This document shows, in pieces, positions 8,459-18,278 of a stretch of 64,000 nt of DNA. Numbering within the stretch: position 1 is the first letter of the stretch; each line of letters opens with the position of its first letter. The position numbers and the translations under genes are program-made. The stretch spans positions 5,240 through 69,239 of the forward strand of contig CAYOTP010000001.1 of NCBI GenBank assembly GCA_964406955.1, in the 5' to 3' direction. Source of the stretch: an uncultured Thermoplasmatales archaeon. Lineage in GTDB: Archaea > Thermoplasmatota > E2 > DHVEG-1. The notes under the pieces were generated by a model, which had not been told where the DNA came from, did no database searches, and saw only the letters and a list, made by a program, of their open reading frames with translations.

Positions 8459-10177
8459 ATGCGCGTAAACCGTCTTTCGATCATATTCATCGTACTGCTT
8501 TTCGCATCAATATCAATAGTTTCACCTGTATCTTCCCAAGAAGAGCAATATCCTGCGGATATTAATGCCCAAATCATTGGTGATATCCCTTCTGTAGCAA
8601 TATCCAATTGGACTGAGATTGAAATTGAGATTAAAGACGCGTTTGGTATTGATTGGGGAAAACTTTCAGAAATGCTTCCTGAATGGTGGATGAAACTTTT
8701 CTGGCCGTTAAACCCTGCATTCCCCCAACCAGTTCAACGATTCCTTGGTCCAACATCCTTCAAACTGGAACCAGAAATCATTCAAGGGGACCCTAATGGG
8801 TGGTATACAAAAATTTCTCCTACAAATGTTGGCGATTCACTTACTGGCGATTCCCATCGTATCACTTTATCTGTTCAGGCGGATGATGCATATCTTGATA
8901 ATTCCGTTGTCATTGGAATTAAGGTCACCCGGATTGATACACTCGGAGGCGTCATAGGACATTCATATGTTTATGTTCCAGTGAAAGCATCACCAACTAA
9001 TTTCATTAAGATGAGAACTCTTGAGGAAAGTACAAAGGAAGCTCCTTTGAAATCACTGGTGTATTTTACACTTGATATCGTTAATGAGGGGTTTTACAGG
9101 GATGTTTTTGAGTTTGAAATCGAAGAGGAAAATGGTTTAATGGCATTAATGGATCAGCAAGCCGTTACCATTCATCCTGGTGAAACAAAACGAGTCACTC
9201 TTGAAATTCTTACTCCAGAAAAACTTTATGATCTTGGTACTCCTAATGAATTAAAAATCTATGTCCGTTCCAGTGGCGATGAGACAAAAACACTTGTTGG
9301 AAATCTTGTTGTTATCACCAAAGGAATTTATATTTCTCCTCTGGTAGGAATCATTGCTGCCCCAATTATTGCACTTCTCGTAATTGGATATATTGGTTTT
9401 GCTCTTTATAAAGATAAACAGGATAAGGAATTGTATGGAAAACCAGATAAACCATGGAATATCCCTGCGGAACAAAAGCATCTTCAAGAGTTAAAGAAAA
9501 AGGATGCTGAAGAATATCAAAAAGTATTGGACCTGATGAAACAAGAGTATCAATCAGCAATACTATCTTGGAAAAGCATTCAGGGAAAAAGAAAAAGTTC
9601 TTTTTTATCATCGAAAGTATTTTCCTCTAATGAAAAAGAATCCAAAAAAAAAGAGGATACGTTAGAAAAAGGGAAATCTAAAACCAAAGATGAGAAAGGG
9701 GAAAAACCGTTTTTTAAAAAAGGTAAGAAATCTAAAAAACCAAAGGAAGAACGTGTAGAAAAAGAGGATCGTAAAGAATTAAAAGAGAAAGAAACTTTTG
9801 AGGAATCCTCTAAACAACCGGAAATAACAAAACCGTCAGGAAAAAAAGAAGAGTCCGCTTCCAATAAACTTGTCAAAGGTCTTAAAAAATGGTTCACTGT
9901 CCCTGAAGAAGAAAAACAAAAGAAACAAGATGAACCAAGTAAACCTGAAAAAAAACAAGAAGAACCTGAGCTAAAAGAAGACCGATTAAAAGAAATCAAC
10001 GAAGATAAAACCAAAAAAGATAACGATTCCTACGAGCAAGAACTCAAGCGTATCGAAGAAGACCAAAAAAAGAAACAAGCAAAAAAAGCTGAACAACAAA
10101 ATAAACTTGAAAAACAAAAAGCGATAGATCGGGTAAAAAAAGCTCAAGAAAAACAACGCAAGAAACTAAAAAAATAA
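8459..10177 (+). CDS. surface protein with signal peptide, one TM helix and a ~260-aa K/E-rich low-complexity cytoplasmic tail
   Basis: Signal peptide. TM helix IAAPIIALLVIGYIGFALY at about aa 290-310. Then a KKEDTLEKGKSKTKDEKGEK... charged repeat tail to the stop. Confidence 0.55.
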   Translation: MRVNRLSIIFIVLLFASISIVSPVSSQEEQYPADINAQIIGDIPSVAISNWTEIEIEIKDAFGIDWGKLSEMLPEWWMKLFWPLNPAFPQPVQRFLGPTSFKLEPEIIQGDPNGWYTKISPTNVGDSLTGDSHRITLSVQADDAYLDNSVVIGIKVTRIDTLGGVIGHSYVYVPVKASPTNFIKMRTLEESTKEAPLKSLVYFTLDIVNEGFYRDVFEFEIEEENGLMALMDQQAVTIHPGETKRVTLEILTPEKLYDLGTPNELKIYVRSSGDETKTLVGNLVVITKGIYISPLVGIIAAPIIALLVIGYIGFALYKDKQDKELYGKPDKPWNIPAEQKHLQELKKKDAEEYQKVLDLMKQEYQSAILSWKSIQGKRKSSFLSSKVFSSNEKESKKKEDTLEKGKSKTKDEKGEKPFFKKGKKSKKPKEERVEKEDRKELKEKETFEESSKQPEITKPSGKKEESASNKLVKGLKKWFTVPEEEKQKKQDEPSKPEKKQEEPELKEDRLKEINEDKTKKDNDSYEQELKRIEEDQKKKQAKKAEQQNKLEKQKAIDRVKKAQEKQRKKLKK

Positions 10178-10371
10178 TTCTTTTTATTTTATCCTTTTAA
10201 ATAGATGATAAAGGTCAATCATCTACATTTCAATTTTTTTTTAAAGAGACTGTAATAGTTATCAAAGGATTAATATTAATTTAGGCTAGAAATTTTTTAG
10301 CAATTAATCATTACCCGATAAGTCAATTGTTAGCAGTCATTACTAGAGAATTGTATTCCCATCGGAAAAAA

Positions 10372-11160
10372 TTAAAGCAACAACAATGGAATGAATGAAA
10401 CAATCATACTCATCAGAATTAAGCTACTTAAAAACAAGATAAACCAGATACGCTTATCCCATGTATAAATAAGAACACCATCAAGAGGTCCAAAGGGGAG
10501 AATGTTAAAAAACCCAAGGACTGCATTTATTAAAAAGATAAAGCCAATAGAAATTGAAAGAATTGTTTCAGATCCTGCCAAAAACAGTTGATAAGCGATA
10601 AATAATACTGCTGCAAATACAATGTTTGCACTTGAACCGGCAACAGCAATTCTTCCCTGTTCAAAAGGTCTTGGATCCCCCCGGAACATAACTGCCCCAG
10701 GTGCAGCAAGAACAAAACCGGTGGTAATAGAAAGAATTAGGGCTACAAGCAATCCTTTAGGATACATCCGGAATTCAGACCATAGACCATGTTTTTGAGC
10801 CATGAACTTATGAGACAACTCATGAACCACAAAAGCAAATATAACTCCTAAAAAAGAAAGCCCTAAGCCAAAAGCAAATCGTTTGATATCAAACCCTTCA
10901 TCAAATAAAAACATCATCAATAGGCTGCTCTGTGTCAATGCAAAAGAAAATCCAATACTTAATACAATAATTGCGCAAATTAAATGAATCAATTCCAATC
11001 GACTGAATTGACCTGGTTTTCCCATGGGAATAGTTCCACGGGGAAAATACATGTATTCACGTGGTGAAAGAGAATGATATGATTGGTACTTTTTCCGATC
11101 CCGATCCATACTATCAAGCAACATGACCAAATCTGAGGAAATCTTTATCAACATTTCCAA
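10372..11160 (-). CDS. site-2 protease family zinc metalloprotease (peptidase M50)
   Basis: HExxH motif inside a TM segment (VVHELSHKFM). Multiple TM helices. LDG motif near the C-terminus. Confidence 0.7.
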   Translation of the reverse strand: MEMLIKISSDLVMLLDSMDRDRKKYQSYHSLSPREYMYFPRGTIPMGKPGQFSRLELIHLICAIIVLSIGFSFALTQSSLLMMFLFDEGFDIKRFAFGLGLSFLGVIFAFVVHELSHKFMAQKHGLWSEFRMYPKGLLVALILSITTGFVLAAPGAVMFRGDPRPFEQGRIAVAGSSANIVFAAVLFIAYQLFLAGSETILSISIGFIFLINAVLGFFNILPFGPLDGVLIYTWDKRIWFILFLSSLILMSMIVSFIPLLLL

Positions 11161-11194
11161 ATGAGTTGTCCTTTCAAACTACTAATTATCCTTC

Positions 11195-12352
11195 TTAGAG
11201 TATTGAGGTTAGATAAGGGAAAGCAATAAGAGTGCCAATCATACTTCCAACATTAGCAAGGGCTACAACAAGTAATAATCGTATCACTCGGTTTTTCCAG
11301 AAATCACTTAAATTCTCCAAATGACTTAACTGCTGAAAATCTTTGACCAATGGCGTACGAACCTTTGCTTCAACGTAGCCAGCAACCCATCCAGCAGCAA
11401 TAGCAGGATTAAGAGAAGTGATCGGTGCTGCAACAAAAGCTGTTAGAATGGATAAAGGATGTCCACGAGCAATCAATGTTCCCAGCGAAGAAAACAATCC
11501 ATTAATTAAAAACCAATACATAAACATTCGAAGTGATTGTTCAGGTCCGCCAGTTAAAAATCCATAACCGATCAAAACAATAAACAACACAGGGATAAGA
11601 TATCCCAAGAGTTTAAGGAAACTGAATCGTTTCTTAGGAACATTTTCCAACTCTAAGAGATCCGCTGAGAACCGCGGATTGGTCAAATGTTTTTTAATTC
11701 CATTTAAATGACCTGCACCCACAACCGCGACAACGGATTTTCCTTGTTGTCGTAATCGATTGATCTTTTCAGCAATATATTCATCTCTTTCATGGATCAA
11801 TACTTTGGTGACACTAGGAGCAATTTTTCCAAATTCATCCATCATTGCAGAAATAAGATCCTGATCCAGTAATTCATCGATATCAATTTGATCAAATTCG
11901 TCTTCTTCAAAACCGATCATGGCTTTCAAAAATTCCCAAAACACACGGAATTTTTCCAAAAAACCCATCTTCTTCCAAGCTCGTTTCAAGGTCACTGCGA
12001 TATCTCTATCCACAAGTTCAACGTCAAGCTGATGATGTTTTGCCTGATCCATTGCTTCGATCATCTCAGAACCCGGAACAACTCCCTGTTCCTTGCCAAG
12101 TTTTCGTTGAATTGATGATAAAAATGTTTGCGCAAGTAAATAGTATGCATTATTTGATTTAATCAATGAAGTAACAGGAGTATTTTCCCATTGATCCTTT
12201 TTTGTAAGAGAATCAAATCGTCGCTGACAAAGCTCAACGGCAACAACATCCGGATGATAGGTCTCAATAGCTTTTGTTACCTCATCAACGCTTTTCTTGG
12301 AGACATGCGCAGTCCCAACTAGGATAAGATCCTCACCAATTTTCTCAAGCAC
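11195..12352 (-). CDS. TraB/GumN-family protein with C-terminal membrane domain
   Basis: LVGTAHVS ... AVVGAGHLNG pattern of the TraB family, followed by 4-5 TM helices. Confidence 0.7.
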   Translation of the reverse strand: MLEKIGEDLILVGTAHVSKKSVDEVTKAIETYHPDVVAVELCQRRFDSLTKKDQWENTPVTSLIKSNNAYYLLAQTFLSSIQRKLGKEQGVVPGSEMIEAMDQAKHHQLDVELVDRDIAVTLKRAWKKMGFLEKFRVFWEFLKAMIGFEEDEFDQIDIDELLDQDLISAMMDEFGKIAPSVTKVLIHERDEYIAEKINRLRQQGKSVVAVVGAGHLNGIKKHLTNPRFSADLLELENVPKKRFSFLKLLGYLIPVLFIVLIGYGFLTGGPEQSLRMFMYWFLINGLFSSLGTLIARGHPLSILTAFVAAPITSLNPAIAAGWVAGYVEAKVRTPLVKDFQQLSHLENLSDFWKNRVIRLLLVVALANVGSMIGTLIAFPYLTSIL

Positions 12353-12434
12353 ACTTTACACCTTTTAACGATATAACTGCATCTGATATATGATTATAAA
12401 ATAAAAAGATAGGTGAAAAAAAGAAAAGAATTGC

Positions 12435-13073
12435 TTAGATCTCAGCCTCGAAATCTTCCACTTCCGGCTCAAAATCCTCATCTGAGTCGATCTTACCTTT
12501 AATCTTAAGGATTTCGCGAGCTAACAACCAATACACCAAGGCCAACGCCCGCCGTCCTTTATTATTGGTTGGAATGGTAACATCGACATGTTTTGTTTCA
12601 TTGTTCGTATCACACAATGCAACGACTGGAATGCCAACATTACGAGCTTCCCGAAGTGCCTGTGCATCAGCTAAAGGATCAGTGATGATAAGAAGTTCAG
12701 GCTCTAGATACCCTCTCGCATTTGGATTGGTTAACGTCCCCGGCCGAAATCGTCCCGCTAGAACTTGAAGACCGGTGTGTTCAGCAAGTTTACGGATTGG
12801 TTGTTGGCCATATTGACGGACAGAAACGACAAGTACCTGATCAGGTTTGAACTTTGTAATAAACCGTGCTGCAAGTTGTGTACGTTCATCTGTTTTATTC
12901 ACATCGATAATATATAATCCATCATTACGTACTTTGTAAATGTATTTGGTCATATCCGCTGTTTTCTGCCTGGTTCCAATATGAACACCAGCGGTCATGA
13001 ACGTTTCTTCAGAAGCAATATGATTTATTATTTCTGAAGTGTCTTCTCTAGTTTGCTCTTCTGTTTCTGCCAT
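12435..13073 (-). CDS. rps2: 30S ribosomal protein uS2
   Basis: Archaeal S2 pattern (VHIGTRQKTADMTKYIY ... GIPVVALCDTNN) with acidic tails. Confidence 0.9.
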   Translation of the reverse strand: MAETEEQTREDTSEIINHIASEETFMTAGVHIGTRQKTADMTKYIYKVRNDGLYIIDVNKTDERTQLAARFITKFKPDQVLVVSVRQYGQQPIRKLAEHTGLQVLAGRFRPGTLTNPNARGYLEPELLIITDPLADAQALREARNVGIPVVALCDTNNETKHVDVTIPTNNKGRRALALVYWLLAREILKIKGKIDSDEDFEPEVEDFEAEI

Positions 13074-13104
13074 GATTTCGCGTCCTCTTTCTCACAATTA
13101 TTTT

Positions 13105-13329
13105 TTAAGAATCACGTTTAACCGTGATTGGGATGGCGTTTTCCTTATATTCAAGCATTGCAATGTCAATAGGGAAAATGACACCTTTTGGAATCTTAAT
13201 CAGCGATGGTGCACCCATTGAGATCTGTAAGGCTCGGGCACCAATAATCCGTGCTTTTTCAAAGCGAGTATAATTCAAATGTATCGACCAACTTATCTGT
13301 TTAATTGAACCACCAAATACAGGAAACAT
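13105..13329 (-). CDS. rpoK: DNA-directed RNA polymerase subunit K (Rpo6/omega homologue)
   Basis: [22 protein letters not shown] motif. 74 aa. Confidence 0.85.
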   Translation of the reverse strand: MFPVFGGSIKQISWSIHLNYTRFEKARIIGARALQISMGAPSLIKIPKGVIFPIDIAMLEYKENAIPITVKRDS

Positions 13330-13344
13330 TTAAAAACATTACCC

Positions 13345-13566
13345 TTACCAACTCTGTTGTTGCTCCTGTAAAACCTCTGCAAGATCTGCCTGCCGACTTC
13401 CAAACTCCTCAAAAGCAAGCTGCATATCAATGGTAAGGTCTCGTAGTAGTTGATCAAGGTGTTCATTTTTAAATTCCTTTACTCCATCTGCATCTGAAAA
13501 CAATCTGCCTATGTATGCGTTTTCCCTTCGGTGAATTTCAATATCATATAGTGTTTCTTCTTCCAT
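13345..13566 (-). CDS. hypothetical acidic 73-aa protein (possibly HicB/UPF0150-like fold)
   Basis: ORF wedged between rpoK and rpl30. The pattern YDIEIHRRENAYIGRL...LDQLLRDL...LAFEEF is loosely HicB-like. No partner toxin. Confidence 0.4.
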   Translation of the reverse strand: MEEETLYDIEIHRRENAYIGRLFSDADGVKEFKNEHLDQLLRDLTIDMQLAFEEFGSRQADLAEVLQEQQQSW

Positions 13567-13649
13567 GCCGTTATCTCCCTCTATGCAAATTCATACCGCT
13601 CCTTATTATAAAAATGTTTTGAAAGAGATCATCTCCATTTCTTAATCTG

Positions 13650-14114
13650 TTAGATCATACGATCGATAAGCGTATTTATCTGTTCAGCTCGATAGCCAAG
13701 TGCACCTTTGTTCCTAACTGATCGTTTAATTCCTTCAAATCCTTTTATTGGAGGATGTAATCGGAACACCGGTTTAACATCAGGAATATCAGATAGATTC
13801 ACTTTATCTTTCGCAATTTCCTTTGCCAAATCTTTAAAGGTTTTATAGGATGATACGGATTGAAGAAACTCCTCAGTAAGGGGCACATCACCTGGACACT
13901 TCCCACGTTTTTCAAGAAGTTTTGCAATGGTTCCATCAGAAACCTTTCCCCACGTTACATAATCTTTTGCCACTTGTAGCATTCCTTTAACATTGTCACG
14001 TTCTGGAACAAGGACACAATGGTTGACCCGGGATAAATTAAGCAATTCCAACGTTTTCTTGATTTTTGGATGAACATTTACTTTTCCTCGGACTCGAATT
14101 ACTGCATATGCCAT
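13650..14114 (-). CDS. rpl30: 50S ribosomal protein uL30
   Basis: MAYAVIRVRGKVNV start (internal Met of the tracked ORF; the longer version would overlap rps5). Archaeal L30 C-terminal extension. Confidence 0.85.
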   Translation of the reverse strand: MAYAVIRVRGKVNVHPKIKKTLELLNLSRVNHCVLVPERDNVKGMLQVAKDYVTWGKVSDGTIAKLLEKRGKCPGDVPLTEEFLQSVSSYKTFKDLAKEIAKDKVNLSDIPDVKPVFRLHPPIKGFEGIKRSVRNKGALGYRAEQINTLIDRMI

Positions 14115-14118
14115 TGGT

Positions 14119-14868
14119 CTAGGACACCTCCTCAGCCAGTGGTTTAGTTTTTTCACTATCTTCAGGTTCTGTTTCTCCAGAAACAATACCAATCCGCTGT
14201 ATTTCAGTGGAAAGAATTCGCATTTCCGTATTTTTCTTCAATGCGTTAAAAACGGCTTTAGCATAATTAACGGTAGTTCGGGTTTGCCCATCAGTAAATG
14301 CCCAGCAATCTTGAATGCCTGCAAGGGTAAGGATTTTTTTAGCAACATCCCCCGTGGCAAGCCCAATTCCCTGAGGAGCAGGTTTAAAAGTAATCTCAAC
14401 AGATCCACTTTTCCCAGTTACTGCAAAGGGGACCGTATGGGGTTTTCCACAGCCGCATTCCCATGAACCACAGCCACGACGAATCTCGATGATTTCAAGT
14501 TTAGCATTTTCTATTGCTTTACGGATACTTGCACCAACTTCCTTTCCTTTCGCTTGGCCAAGACCGACATACCCATTTTTATTTCCAACTACTACAGTGA
14601 TAACAAACTTTACCCGACGACCTGAATCCGTCATTCGTTGCACCATATTAACGTCAAGAACTTCATCAGCAAGATCTGGAAGTAAAATATCCACAATTTG
14701 CGGTTCTCTAAGTGGAAGACCAGATAGTAATGCATCATGCATTGAAGTTATATGTCCTTTTTTCACTTCAATACCAAGTTTTGTTTTTGGATTCCATTCA
14801 ACAATCATACTCTCTTTGTTTCTTCCCCTTCGTCGTTTCCCACGATCCTTTCTGCGTGCTACTGCCAT
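14119..14868 (-). CDS. rps5: 30S ribosomal protein uS5
   Basis: S5 dsRBD plus C-terminal domain ([29 protein letters not shown]). Confidence 0.9.
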   Translation of the reverse strand: MAVARRKDRGKRRRGRNKESMIVEWNPKTKLGIEVKKGHITSMHDALLSGLPLREPQIVDILLPDLADEVLDVNMVQRMTDSGRRVKFVITVVVGNKNGYVGLGQAKGKEVGASIRKAIENAKLEIIEIRRGCGSWECGCGKPHTVPFAVTGKSGSVEITFKPAPQGIGLATGDVAKKILTLAGIQDCWAFTDGQTRTTVNYAKAVFNALKKNTEMRILSTEIQRIGIVSGETEPEDSEKTKPLAEEVS

Positions 14869-15380
14869 TATTCACTGTCACCTCCAATGATTTTCTTTTT
14901 AACATTTGTTACATCTGATTCCATTTTATCCTCAATATGCTTTCCAAGAATCCTCTTTTCATCGGGGAACATGCCCTCGCCATGCGGACACTCTATACCT
15001 GCATCAAGAACACCTTTCAGTACTGCAAAGATCTTTGATCCTTTCACTGGAACCTGCCGTCCAATATCAAGTACGCCGGAATTGATCCCTTCTTTTTTTG
15101 CTCGAACTCCTGCAAGAAGTCCAGTTAGATATGCTGCAGGTGTTGATGAACATGAATGTTTCCATTGATACTGCTTTTTTAGATCTGAGCCCAACGCAGA
15201 CGTGATCACTCGATCGCCCTGTTCGTTATAATCGATGAACTGTACACGAATGTTTTTGAGGGAATGCCGAACGACTATACGTGGTTCCCCCGATTTTAAC
15301 AATGCTAAACGATGGCGATAATCGGTTTTTCCTTCCCTTCGCCGTCTTAATTTCATTTGATATCGTGGACCCTGGTTCAT
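14868..15380 (-). CDS. rpl18: 50S ribosomal protein uL18
   Basis: [26 protein letters not shown] pattern. Confidence 0.9.
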   Translation of the reverse strand: MNQGPRYQMKLRRRREGKTDYRHRLALLKSGEPRIVVRHSLKNIRVQFIDYNEQGDRVITSALGSDLKKQYQWKHSCSSTPAAYLTGLLAGVRAKKEGINSGVLDIGRQVPVKGSKIFAVLKGVLDAGIECPHGEGMFPDEKRILGKHIEDKMESDVTNVKKKIIGGDSE

Positions 15381-15844
15381 TTGGTATCCTCCTCTTGTTT
15401 CAATACACCATCAGCAATCAGATGAGATTTCAAATGTCGTTGACTGCGAAATTCACCGCCTTTGGATTTTAAGTAGTATCGTCGATATGTTGATGGGGTG
15501 ATTGAGCCATCTGCTCGTAATTCTTTTAATAACGTCCGCAAAGGTCTAATCGTCTTTATCCATCGTTGTTTTCTTGGGAAACGTGCATATTTTGCTCCTT
15601 TCCTAGATCCATAACCGCGACGACGTCCCTTTTGTTTTTGCATCAATACATAGCGTTTTCGCCCTCTAGAGATACCTTTCTTTTGTTTGGATTGAATAGC
15701 GTCTCCATTGATAAGAACGCGAATGTCATCTTTAGTGACCGCTTGTGCAATTTCATCTAATCTATCTTGATCCATCCAAACACGGTTCTCCCCGCACTTC
15801 AGGAGGGATGCGGCCATTCTTCGTTGATTTCTTAAATCAGTCAT
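15377..15844 (-). CDS. rpl19e: 50S ribosomal protein eL19
   Basis: LRNQRRMAASLLKCGENRVW N-terminal signature of L19e. Confidence 0.9.
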   Translation of the reverse strand: MTDLRNQRRMAASLLKCGENRVWMDQDRLDEIAQAVTKDDIRVLINGDAIQSKQKKGISRGRKRYVLMQKQKGRRRGYGSRKGAKYARFPRKQRWIKTIRPLRTLLKELRADGSITPSTYRRYYLKSKGGEFRSQRHLKSHLIADGVLKQEEDTK

Positions 15845-15861
15845 ACGTCGAAAACCTCTAT

Positions 15862-16617
15862 TTATTTATTCAACAGTCGAATATCTAATTCCTTTGCTTT
15901 TTCTGCGATTGCAACACGTTTTTTAGTACCCACGGCACCTGCGATACGTGCTGCTTGAACGTCAGCATTAATCTTTTCTAAATCAGAAACATTATACACC
16001 AGCACTTCTTCAAAACCTGATGGATGCAATCCTCGGACATTCTTTGGACCTCGAAATCCAACTCGAACTCGGGATGGTCGATATTTTCGATTGATCCGCA
16101 TTTTTGAAGTGATACCATCCGGACGGCGCCAACTTTTTGAAAGTTTTTTGTATCTAAACCATTCCTCTCTATAAAAGTTTGGTGTATGTTTCTTTTTTTC
16201 CTTCCGAACTGCTAGATAATGGTGAACTTCCTTTGAAAGGGATGGTTTCTTTTTAACAATATATCCCTCAGGTGCCTCTGTAGCTTTCTTTTCATCAATT
16301 CTAGATTCTTTTTTCTCAGAAACAGACGAGGGCGGGCTTTTATCTGCTTTTGGCTGTTTCTTAACTTGTTTCTCTGTAGCTTCCTTTACTATCTTTTCCG
16401 TTTTATCTGAAGCAGTTACTTTATCATCTGAGAGTTGATTTTTGATCGAAGTGGCAACAGATTCACTTATCCCATTGACCTTAGATAACTCATCAATAGA
16501 TGCTTCTTGGATTTTTTCAATGGTATCAAATCCGGCATCAATGAGTGCATCTGCTTTAGCCTCACCGATTCCTTTTAACGAAATAAGTGTTTTTAAAACA
16601 TCGTCCTTACCAGCCAT
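15862..16617 (-). CDS. rpl32e: 50S ribosomal protein eL32 with N-terminal helix-hairpin-helix / K-rich extension
   Basis: C-terminal L32e core (RRPDGITSKMR ... GFRGPKNVRGLHPSGFEEVLV). The N-terminal ~120 aa contain an HhH-like LKGIGEAKADALIDAGFDTIEKI and a lysine-rich linker. Confidence 0.85.
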   Translation of the reverse strand: MAGKDDVLKTLISLKGIGEAKADALIDAGFDTIEKIQEASIDELSKVNGISESVATSIKNQLSDDKVTASDKTEKIVKEATEKQVKKQPKADKSPPSSVSEKKESRIDEKKATEAPEGYIVKKKPSLSKEVHHYLAVRKEKKKHTPNFYREEWFRYKKLSKSWRRPDGITSKMRINRKYRPSRVRVGFRGPKNVRGLHPSGFEEVLVYNVSDLEKINADVQAARIAGAVGTKKRVAIAEKAKELDIRLLNK

Positions 16618-16619
16618 AG

Positions 16620-17162
16620 TTAACTACCTCCTTTACTTGTCCGATAGATTCCATCTTGAAACACTCGAATATCCCGTCGTTTAACCGCAGTTGCCCGTTC
16701 AATGTTTGCAACTGTTTGACCAACTTTTTCCTTATCGATACCTGTAACATGAATGTCATCACTTTTGATTTCAACGTTTACACCCTCTAGAATTAGCGCT
16801 TTCCTTGGAGATCGTTCACCAAGAAAATTCTGAATGATGAACATATTCTTTTCAACATTTGTCTTAATGGGAAAGTGAGAATAGACTGTTTTCATCTGAT
16901 ATTGAAATCCGTTAGTTACCCCATGAATCATATTGTTGATATGGGCAACATAAGTACCCATCAACGCCTTCTGCTTTCGTCGTAACGTCAAACAATGAAT
17001 ACGTATGAGATCTTTTTCAACGGTAATGGTAAGATCCGGATGGGAGAACACACGTGATAATTCGCCTTTTTCTCCTTTGATATGGAGTACATTATCCTGA
17101 AATGATGCAGTTATCGCATCGGGAAGTGCTATCTCTTGTTTCATCTTAACTTCCTTTGTCAT
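16620..17162 (-). CDS. rpl6: 50S ribosomal protein uL6
   Basis: Two L6 alpha/beta repeats. 180 aa. Confidence 0.9.
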   Translation of the reverse strand: MTKEVKMKQEIALPDAITASFQDNVLHIKGEKGELSRVFSHPDLTITVEKDLIRIHCLTLRRKQKALMGTYVAHINNMIHGVTNGFQYQMKTVYSHFPIKTNVEKNMFIIQNFLGERSPRKALILEGVNVEIKSDDIHVTGIDKEKVGQTVANIERATAVKRRDIRVFQDGIYRTSKGGS

Positions 17163-17188
17163 CGTTTTTTCACCTTTTTTTCACGATT

Positions 17189-17578
17189 CTAATATATATA
17201 GGCAAGAACTTTGCCACCAATACCCTGATTCTTTGCTTCTTTATGGGAAAGAACACCGTTAGTTGTGGTAAGAATCAACAACCCAAAATCCCGTGCAGGA
17301 AGATATCGTGCTTCCCATTTTTCCAGTTCATCCCTTTTCACAGGGTAACGTGGTTTGATAACACCACAGTTATTAATGGTTCCTTTCAACGTAACTTCAA
17401 ATGCCCCTGCCTTTCCATCATCAATAAATTCAAATGAAGAGATATATCCTTTTTCCCGCAAAAGATTTAGAATACCTCCAATAAGTTTTGAGGATGGTTG
17501 AATGTGGCATGTTCCCTTGCCACGAAGTTCAGCATTTTTCATCAATGAAAGTGCATTTGCCAATGGATCATTTAACAT
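17189..17578 (-). CDS. rps8: 30S ribosomal protein uS8
   Basis: MLNDPLANALSLMKNAE N-terminus typical of S8. Confidence 0.9.
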   Translation of the reverse strand: MLNDPLANALSLMKNAELRGKGTCHIQPSSKLIGGILNLLREKGYISSFEFIDDGKAGAFEVTLKGTINNCGVIKPRYPVKRDELEKWEARYLPARDFGLLILTTTNGVLSHKEAKNQGIGGKVLAYIY

Positions 17579-17595
17579 TTGATTGTCAAGCCTCC

Positions 17596-17751
17596 TTATG
17601 AATATTTTTTAAATCCCAATTCTTCTGCTTTTTCTCGGAAACATTGCCGACAGATATGAAGACCATACGCACGAATAAGTCCTCGTTTCCGGCCACATCT
17701 CTCACATCCGTTAATTCGACCGTATTCTCTTTTCTTTTCTTTTATCTTCAT
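17596..17751 (-). CDS. rps14: 30S ribosomal protein uS14 (zinc-binding type Z, 51 aa)
   Basis: Not in the ORF track (<60 aa). Minus-strand ATG 17749-17751 to TAA 17596-17598 translates to [51 protein letters not shown] with a CxxC...CxxC zinc ribbon. Sits between rpl5 and rps8 as expected. Confidence 0.8.
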   Translation of the reverse strand: MKIKEKKREYGRINGCERCGRKRGLIRAYGLHICRQCFREKAEELGFKKYS

Positions 17752-18278
17752 TATTCAATCACCTCGACATTGAACGTTTTTGAGATGTAATCCATTGCTT
17801 CCTCTTTTTTCACTTTGTGCCTAGTAGGGATTTTTCGTTGTTGTATACGTCTTTGCTTAATTCGATAACCTGGTTTTTCCATAGTGATACATACATCCAT
17901 TCCAAAGATACCAATGTCCGGATTGTATTTTTGGTCTTTAAACAAGGTATGATCTGGAATGCCAAAGGATAAGTTTCCTTGTTCATCAAACGCATAATCT
18001 GCAATCTTATTCTCTCGAGTTTCCCATGCTCGCTTCAAAAAGTCATATGCATCATCTTTCCGCAACGTGACTTTGCAACCAATGGGCATTCGCTTTCGAA
18101 TACCAAACTCCCTGTTTGTAATCGTTGAAAGCGTTTGAACCGGTTTATGCTTTGTGATGTCTTCTATGACTGATTCTGCTTTTTTCAACCGTTCACCTGC
18201 TTCACCAACACCAATATTTACAGTCACTTTCTCAATATGGGCTTGAGTCATAGGATTTGTTTTTGTTTTCGCCTTCAT
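17751..18278 (-). CDS. rpl5: 50S ribosomal protein uL5
   Basis: [17 protein letters not shown] ... [15 protein letters not shown]. Confidence 0.9.
   Translation of the reverse strand: MKAKTKTNPMTQAHIEKVTVNIGVGEAGERLKKAESVIEDITKHKPVQTLSTITNREFGIRKRMPIGCKVTLRKDDAYDFLKRAWETRENKIADYAFDEQGNLSFGIPDHTLFKDQKYNPDIGIFGMDVCITMEKPGYRIKQRRIQQRKIPTRHKVKKEEAMDYISKTFNVEVIE

Noticed and set aside
9251-10014. Minus-strand ORFs (78, 81, 144 aa) inside the K/E-rich tail of the 8459-10177 gene
   Set aside because: They are artefacts of the antisense of a purine-rich low-complexity coding region (S/F/L-rich translations).
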